Shown piece after piece: positions 57,103-64,000 of a DNA stretch of 64,000 nucleotides. Location: NCBI GenBank assembly GCA_030141605.1, contig JAQGDQ010000128.1, forward strand, positions 1 through 64,000, in the 5' to 3' direction. Under the pieces are notes generated by a model that saw only the letters and a program-made list of their open reading frames with translations, did no database searches and was not told the origin of the DNA. This DNA comes from Tubiluchus corallicola. Its lineage: Eukaryota > Animalia > Priapulida. The translations under genes were made by a program, and so were the position numbers. Each line of letters starts with the position of its first letter. Positions within the stretch are counted from its first letter, which is position 1.

Positions 57103-59582
57103 GATTCACTGAAATGAACTATTTTACAAGTTATTTCATTCTTGTTTGCTAGTTATTTCTGTTTTTTTGGTTATAACTAACTTGTAACTAACTAACAAAT
57201 AACTTGTGCCACAAAATGAGAAATAACCAGCAGTTGTTAAAACTTAAGACTAAATAACTGTTAAACATGAAAATAAAAGGGGTTAACAGTGTACAGAAAG
57301 TTGTGAGCAAGCTTCAGTAAGCATGTTAGACACTGTCACACTGAACTCATTAATTAATTAATCAGTTGCTGTATAGATTCGACTTTAATTTTGCTTTCAG
57401 TATTCTACTTCAAGTGCTAACAGTTTTACCCCGGGACACAACCGATTCTGTTTGTTCCTACTCTTCTGTGTAGCTTATTTTGTCGTGAGCTGTCTTCAGG
57501 ATAGTCACTAATAAATTAAAACGCGTTATTTGCAGTTCAGGAATTGCAAACTAAGTTCCGAATGTTTCTCACCTTTTGGCAACATAATGTATGGTGATCA
57601 GAGGCTGATAAACAATTAATTGTACGAGAATAAATTTTTAAGACAATTCGTCTGCAAACTGGAATGCAGCACTCAGTGGCGGGGCCTACTAATGTGAATG
57701 CGACTTGGTTGCGACAGGACCGAATAACAACGATTTATTATAAGAAAGTGCTGCTCAATCAGTAGAGAACGTATCATGCCCTCAATACTTGGTGGAGAAG
57801 TCACGTGCGTCTCGCACAGTTTACAGTACCACACTTGAAGGATATGACTGGAACGGCCCTTGGAATGAATTGAATTTATTGACTAACATATAACAAATAG
57901 CATAAAGGGATAAAGCATATTAATAATACGTCACATACAAAGTTGTAAAGAGTAAATCCGGAATTTAGCTCCGGATTTCTCGACCCGCCAGGATTTGTGG
58001 CCATCTAGTCAAAAATCATGCTCAAGCCTATACGTTTGAAGTCAAAAATAAAAGTACACTTTCCCGAAAAATTAAGAAGCAATATAGAGATTCAAAAATA
58101 TAGCTAATTACTTAGCCTAACCTAACCCACATCTACTCTAAAGCTAACGGAGGTGAAAATTGCGAAAACAAAATGAGCGTCCACTCTATTAATAAACCTA
58201 CTCTGGCTAATTTATGAACAGGTCCTTTTTCATGATCATAAATAGAAAAAAAGATGAATGACTTATCTTAGGGAGTTTACCACCTCTCTATATTGTATTT
58301 GTCTTGTAATGCATCTAGAGTAGTTCTGATGGAAGCCAAAGTATGGGTGGTTGGAAGCAGACAGTTCGCCAGGCCAGCAGTATATCTGCAACCCACTGCA
58401 TGTGATCAGTAGACAGTGAGCGAGGTTCTTCAACTTCATATATGCAATCTTCTGATTAGTGATTAACCTTTATTATTCAAAGACAAGTCATTTTGGATAG
58501 CTAGCTTGTACTACCGCTGAATAGAAATTTTCAGGCGCGGTAGCGGCTATCATTCACTTGAAAATTATGGCGTAACTGGTAGACGTGTGACTTTTGTAAG
58601 CACATCGTGGCTTCTGTAAACTCGAGCTGCTTAAACTAATTCAAACAAACTTCTGAAGCTAATTACACGGAAATTGAAATAAGCCTAACTTCCCAGAACG
58701 CTTGGCCTTTCTATTTAATTTTGTTAGTAACAATCGTTACAATTTAGCTTATTAATAATTTATTAAATTCGTTGCAGCATTTCGTTCTAAATAGTGGTTT
58801 GGCGTACAGCTGCATGCCGGGCTTATAAAGATGGACGCTACGGCAGTAAAGTCGCATTGTCAACAGGAGCTACAGGGCCACAATGGGCACTATAGTTAGA
58901 AGAAAGTTCTACCTCTGCGGCGTTTGAGACAAAAAACTCAACGTAAAAAAAATATTTTAGTCGGCATACTAAGTGTGGGCAACCTAATATGCATTTTGTA
59001 GAAATTTAACGTGCCATGTGAAACTTGTGGATGTTTGACACCGAAAATTGATCCGTGCTAGTATTTGAAATAGACAAACGCCAATTTCAAGTTTTGCAAT
59101 GTAATAGTACTGTAGTTATTGAACGCCTTTCGTTGACAAACTCGTGAGCAAATTTCATAACTGCTTTAGCTGTGTTAAATGCTTGCGAGCTGCAGAAGCT
59201 GAAACATATAAAGATGAAATTAGGCGTATTATAGTTTGTGCTTATTATTAATGCAAATTGTTGAGATGGCTACATGCTTGTCAGTAAGATATGAATGAAG
59301 TAACTAAGCCAGCTTAGCAAAAGTAACTGTAATCGCATTCATCCTGTCATCCTAATACTTTATGCATAAAGCAATATTTTATTTAATTTGCTTAATAATT
59401 TATTCATGATCGGTAGCATGCACCGCAGTTTCAATGTAGAAGCTTGCAGCGCGAGCTCTCGGACACTAAATGTGTACCTATCACCTAACCTATAAGACAT
59501 TATAATAACGCCAGTTGATACAAGCTGAGCCGAAACATGCTGTCATCGAATGCCCTATAACCAATTTTTCTTTCGTTTTCAG

Positions 59583-59696
59583 TCCGATTATAAAAAAAAT
59601 CTGGTTATAACAAAATTTTTTGCCATCCGATTGTAAAAAAATCTGGTTATGTATTTTGGCGTGTGTTCTGTTATAGACAGATTTTTTATAATCGGA
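59583..59696. repeat. Palindromic MITE remnant (TCCGATTATAAAAAAATCTG direct and inverted copies)
   Basis: Two direct copies (59583, ~59625) and one inverted copy ending 59696. Confidence 0.6.
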
Positions 59697-60001
59697 TAAC
59701 ATGGCCATAATACGCGTTCGTAGTTATCACTTGCAGAACCTGTATTCTTGTATAAGTTGACATTTTTCAGTTAAATACGACATTACGTGTAAGGTATTAT
59801 TAATTGTATAAATCCTATTTTTCATTGAAAAGAATTTTTCGATATTTTGTTGCAGCATTAAGTTGTACTATTGTACACATACCTGCTTTGTATTTTCTTT
59901 AAGAGTTCACTGGACTAAAAAGGTTTTTATTCTGGTACTGTTTCGCCAGCATTGTGTAATTGTTTTTAGTCAATAAACGATCAATCAATCAATCAATCAT
60001 C

Positions 60002-60175
60002 ACAGGATTCTCCAGTTACTACAGCATTTCACCAGACACTAATATCTGGGAAGAAACCAAGAGGAGATCACATATTTAGATGTTCTGAAGAAAGACTTAT
60101 TAAATACTCCATTTGACTTAAATAACGTGAATACTTGGCATGTGGCAGCAGATCGAGGAACATGACATCAAATTA
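60002..60175 (+). mobile_element. RTE-like LINE 3' coding relic, preceded by another LINE/SINE tail (AATAAA + (CAAT)n at 59972-60000)
   Basis: GKKPRG...YLDVLKKDL...WHVAADRGT* resembles the RTE GxRxRG..D..KxD..W..A.DR..W tail. Confidence 0.55.
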
Positions 60176-60208
60176 TGAGTGGTACTGTGTTGCATAACGG
60201 AGCGAAAA

Positions 60209-60502
60209 CATAGGCGTACGAGCCGGTGGGGGGAGAGGGGCGTATTCGAGCAAATATATTTTTTCGAGGCAATCAAATTTTTCGATCACCGGCCAAGTGG
60301 TGAAAAAAATAAAATAATATTTTTCATAAAAAGAAATCTCGAAATTTCTCCGTGCCGTCAAATCAAGTGCCGGAAATCCCGGCAATTTTTGATCATGGTG
60401 TGGGGTGAGGTAATTGCCGACTCGAAGTTTTTCGGGTTGGCATTGGATTTTTCGGGCAAAAGTGTCTCAACCTCACTGGAAAAACCGGCCCGCACGCCTG
60501 TG
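60209..60502. mobile_element. MITE with hAT-like termini (294 bp)
   Basis: TIRs CATAGGCGTACGAGCCGGT / ACCGGCCCGCACGCCTGTG (16/19); no clear TSD. Confidence 0.7.
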
Positions 60503-63500
60503 AGTTACGGAAGTACCTGAGATGAGAATGAATTGTCTTGGAGTAACATAACTTTATTCTTTTTCTCATTTGCCATTGTATCACACAAGCTGTAAATTTA
60601 GTATTTGTCTTTAGACAATTTAGTATTTGTCTTGTTTGCTTTTCACAATGTCGAGTTTTGTAATTTCCATACACTGTAATTTCATTTGGGAGGATTGAAA
60701 CGTTGCAGATGTTTGTGTTTGAATAAACACCATGCCTTTGCTGGTTGTAATTTTCATTTTAAGAATTATTTATAATGTTGAATAATAGAGTAAGAACGTT
60801 TAAAAATCTTCAGTTTGGTTGAATCGTTCGGGTGTTGTTTAGCTGCAACTGCAACATGTATCCTTTTTATGCGGCTGCAGTATCATCTTAAATTAAAAAT
60901 CATTTTTCTTTAAAAGAGCATTCGTATTTGAAATATTAATGATTTTCAACTTGGCTAGGTTGTTAGTAGTAGTGGGCGTACAATAGTTTAAACTGGCTTA
61001 ATTAAACTTTATGTCGCACATGTTTTACACGTGTACTTCAGAGCTATGCCTATCCACTTATGATAAAATTTATTACCATTTAGGTATGTTGAAGCTATTA
61101 GCCATATATGCCATTCTCTTTAATTGACTGTCATTTTTCATGGGCGCCGTTATTATTGCAAGTTGTAATTCACCACAGGAAATACGTTAGCAAAATGTTT
61201 CGCAATTTTTGGAAAAATGCGTGGTAGGGACGCTTCTCACGTTAGATGAAAACTAAATATTTTACTGTAATAGCATATTATACTTAGTACTAACTGAAAT
61301 AAGCAGTTTTGTAAATTGTGCGCAGAATATCTGGAACATAGTTTTATCTCACCTTTTATCTTACACTTAGCAACACCCAGTTTCAGAAATTTCTCAGCTG
61401 GACATTGGCTTGACAATGAACACTGTAAATTCAATCGCTTTGATTACTGACTTTGGGACTCAGGTTCTAGGAACAGGAGCCATACCAAGTAGACTTCTGA
61501 AAATAACTCAGTAGCAAATAATTGGTTTATGATTACGATTAGACTAAAAGCTTTTATTGGCTTAACTAACTCATTTTTTCCAACGGTGTTGGTCCTATAA
61601 CACAGCCTTACTTTTGTTCCTGAGATATAGAAACTCAGTACGTTTTTACTCATTGTCGACCAGTGAGATTACTGATTATTTTTTGTTATTCGAAAAAGTC
61701 GAAAGCCCGTTTCTTGCTCTTACAGGCGAGGCAATCCAATTATTTGCGACGCGAAAAGGGAGGGGGAAAGGGGGCAAAAAATCCGCCCTTCACATACCTT
61801 GATTTCTCCTGAAGCGAGGTAATTAATGATGATTGCCATATTGGTTAAAATCTTAAATGTATTAACATGCTCTTTGTAATTAAATGACGCGTGTCTTCAT
61901 CAGATGCCAGGTTCTGCAATATGTTTTAAATGCAAGAAACGATTTTTGTCTTTTTTTACTTTCGTGGCAAAGCGCTCTATTGAGAAATAAAAACTGCCAA
62001 TGTCTAACGAGAAAAATACCCGGAAGGCGTTAAGAAACGTTACAGGGCTTTTCTCAAAAAATCTGCGTGGTTTAAGGCATTTACATGTAATTGGTAAATT
62101 TCTTATTGTTCATTTTAAATAAACATAGTTTAGGACAGATGATTAGTAGGATCACCACATTTGCTCATCTCTGCAATCCAGAAACCATCCAAGCTACACT
62201 TAACTTATACTTTACTTATTTTCTGTTACAATAGGTTTACATTTCCTTGTTTAGAAGCAACAAAAAACAAAATACTGAAAGTAAAATACTTATTAATATT
62301 ACTGGAAATGTAATGCACATCTGTATGTTTTATAAGTTAATGTAATAAAGTGGCTTGCAACTATATCGCCTTAATTTCAGCCCGCCAAAGATTGCTACAA
62401 TTAAGGATGCAAATTTCACAGTCTGCTGAATGCCACCAAGCATATCAAATAAGCCAAGAAATCTTGATTAGCACTTACAACAATATCTTTAATGAGCTTC
62501 AGGCGAGACGTGTAAGTAGCGAATCAATCAAATATAATTTTTAGCTGGTAAACAGGATCTGTTTACGTCGCTCATGTTTCCGAGTGACAAAAATCTTCGA
62601 TACGTAATACTCGGCCTAGACTTAGTAGAAGTTCATTTGCAGAAATGACATTCGCAATACAGAATTAATGGCGTGGGAAGCAGGCCTATATTAACGTAAT
62701 TATAGCTTTGCCAAAGAAGTGAGTTGATCTTTTTCTGGCAGAAACAAACAGTTGTAGAACGTATACAGACGAACATAATAGAATTGACCTCCTGGTGGAA
62801 CACTAGTTTGAGAAGAAAGTTGGTGCTGTTAATAACTAAAAAATCATTTGTTGTAGTTGAGGTGTTCTGGTGTTCAGTTTTGTCTGAACCTCTTGCGACA
62901 CATACTATAGAAATGATCCTTTTGTCCCGTCTATAACCTGCACAATACTTTCAAAGCTACTATCGCTAATGATGGCTAATATGGGTATTATTTAGCGCAG
63001 CTGTGCAATATTTTGCTATGTTAAGTGATCATTATGATCATTTATTACTTTCAGGGTGAAGATGGGTTGCTACCTCGACCCAAAAGGTTAATGTGTGTAC
63101 CTGTTTGTATTTGCCAGAATGAATTGTTGAAGAAAAATTACGTCACAGGAAATCAACCTACTTAGTTCAAGGCTGTATAAATTTAGTAGAGGACAAGTAT
63201 TTTTAAATGTTAAAACATTTGTCAGTGAAATGCAGCTTTGTGAGCTTGTGAGTTGTGCGTGGCAACTTTGTGAAACCTACGCTTACGATTACGCCGTCTT
63301 TTAACTCTACTAAACTTCTGCGATTACTTGTTAAATATTGACGCGTTCATTTTCCTCGACATAAACCAACCAGACATCATGGTCTTCAAAAATGTTTAGT
63401 TTGTGTCTATATATAATTTTAATATCAAAAAATAAATATCTAATAGTGTGCTAGTAAGACTGCAGGGGGAAATTCTTGCGTGCACATCCAAATGAGTTAT

Positions 63501-64000
63501 GAGAACATGTTATATCTTAAATACTCGTTGCAGAAAAAAAGGTGTTGAACTGGTCAGAATATTTTATATCCAGCGAGCAGCCGAAAGACCACTCACGCTG
63601 TCTTTTGAGGATCGCTCACCTGATATAGGATACAGTGTACGTCTTGTAGTAGCTGTCAAAGTATAGAAATGCGTCTTTCCTGTTATTTATATTTTGCTAA
63701 CTGTTTCTATGAGGCCTTAGTGGCTCAATCAAACAAAACTTCTAGTTCAAAATCAACAACAAACCTGTAATAGATTCGTCTGATATATTAACTGCCTTCT
63801 GAGCTGCAAAACCGCTTTAAATGCACTTTCCGCTGTTTAGGTTCTAGCAAATAGATTTACCAATTCTTTCATCTCTAGTCTTCAGTTTTAAACTGACACA
63901 GCAGAAAATTAGTTTTGCCTTCCAATTAAACGCGCTTCTTTGAAGACAACAGATCTCCTAACTAAATAAATCATGTAAATATATCGACTGTTTCCTAATT

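Noticed and set aside
57107-57291. CACTG...CAGTG-bounded quasi-palindrome (CACTA-like MITE)
   Set aside because: Only 5-bp terminal match and no symmetric TSD.

Overview
AT-rich, intron-containing animal (probably arthropod) genomic DNA. 1-30.3 kb is a head-to-tail array of three paralogous CYP2-clan cytochrome P450 genes on the + strand with matching exon sizes and intron phases. CYP-A is 5'-truncated by the window edge, CYP-C is intact (500 aa), and CYP-B is intact everywhere except a net 8-nt deletion at the end of exon 3 that creates an in-frame TAA and a frameshift. At that same junction CYP-A and CYP-C use a non-canonical GC-AG intron, whereas CYP-B has GT. At 32.2-33.1 kb is the large first coding exon (TM1-TM5) of a pyrokinin/PRXamide (neuromedin U/ghrelin family) GPCR. 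The remaining ~31 kb appears to be its intron and holds MITEs, LINE and transposase relics, microsatellites, an inverted repeat pair and a dense cluster of CRE-like motifs. I found no convincing wholly new biological system; the best leads are the splice-site/pseudogene pattern in the P450 array, a possible GHSR1b-like 5-TM receptor isoform, and the CRE cluster. All alignments were done by eye.
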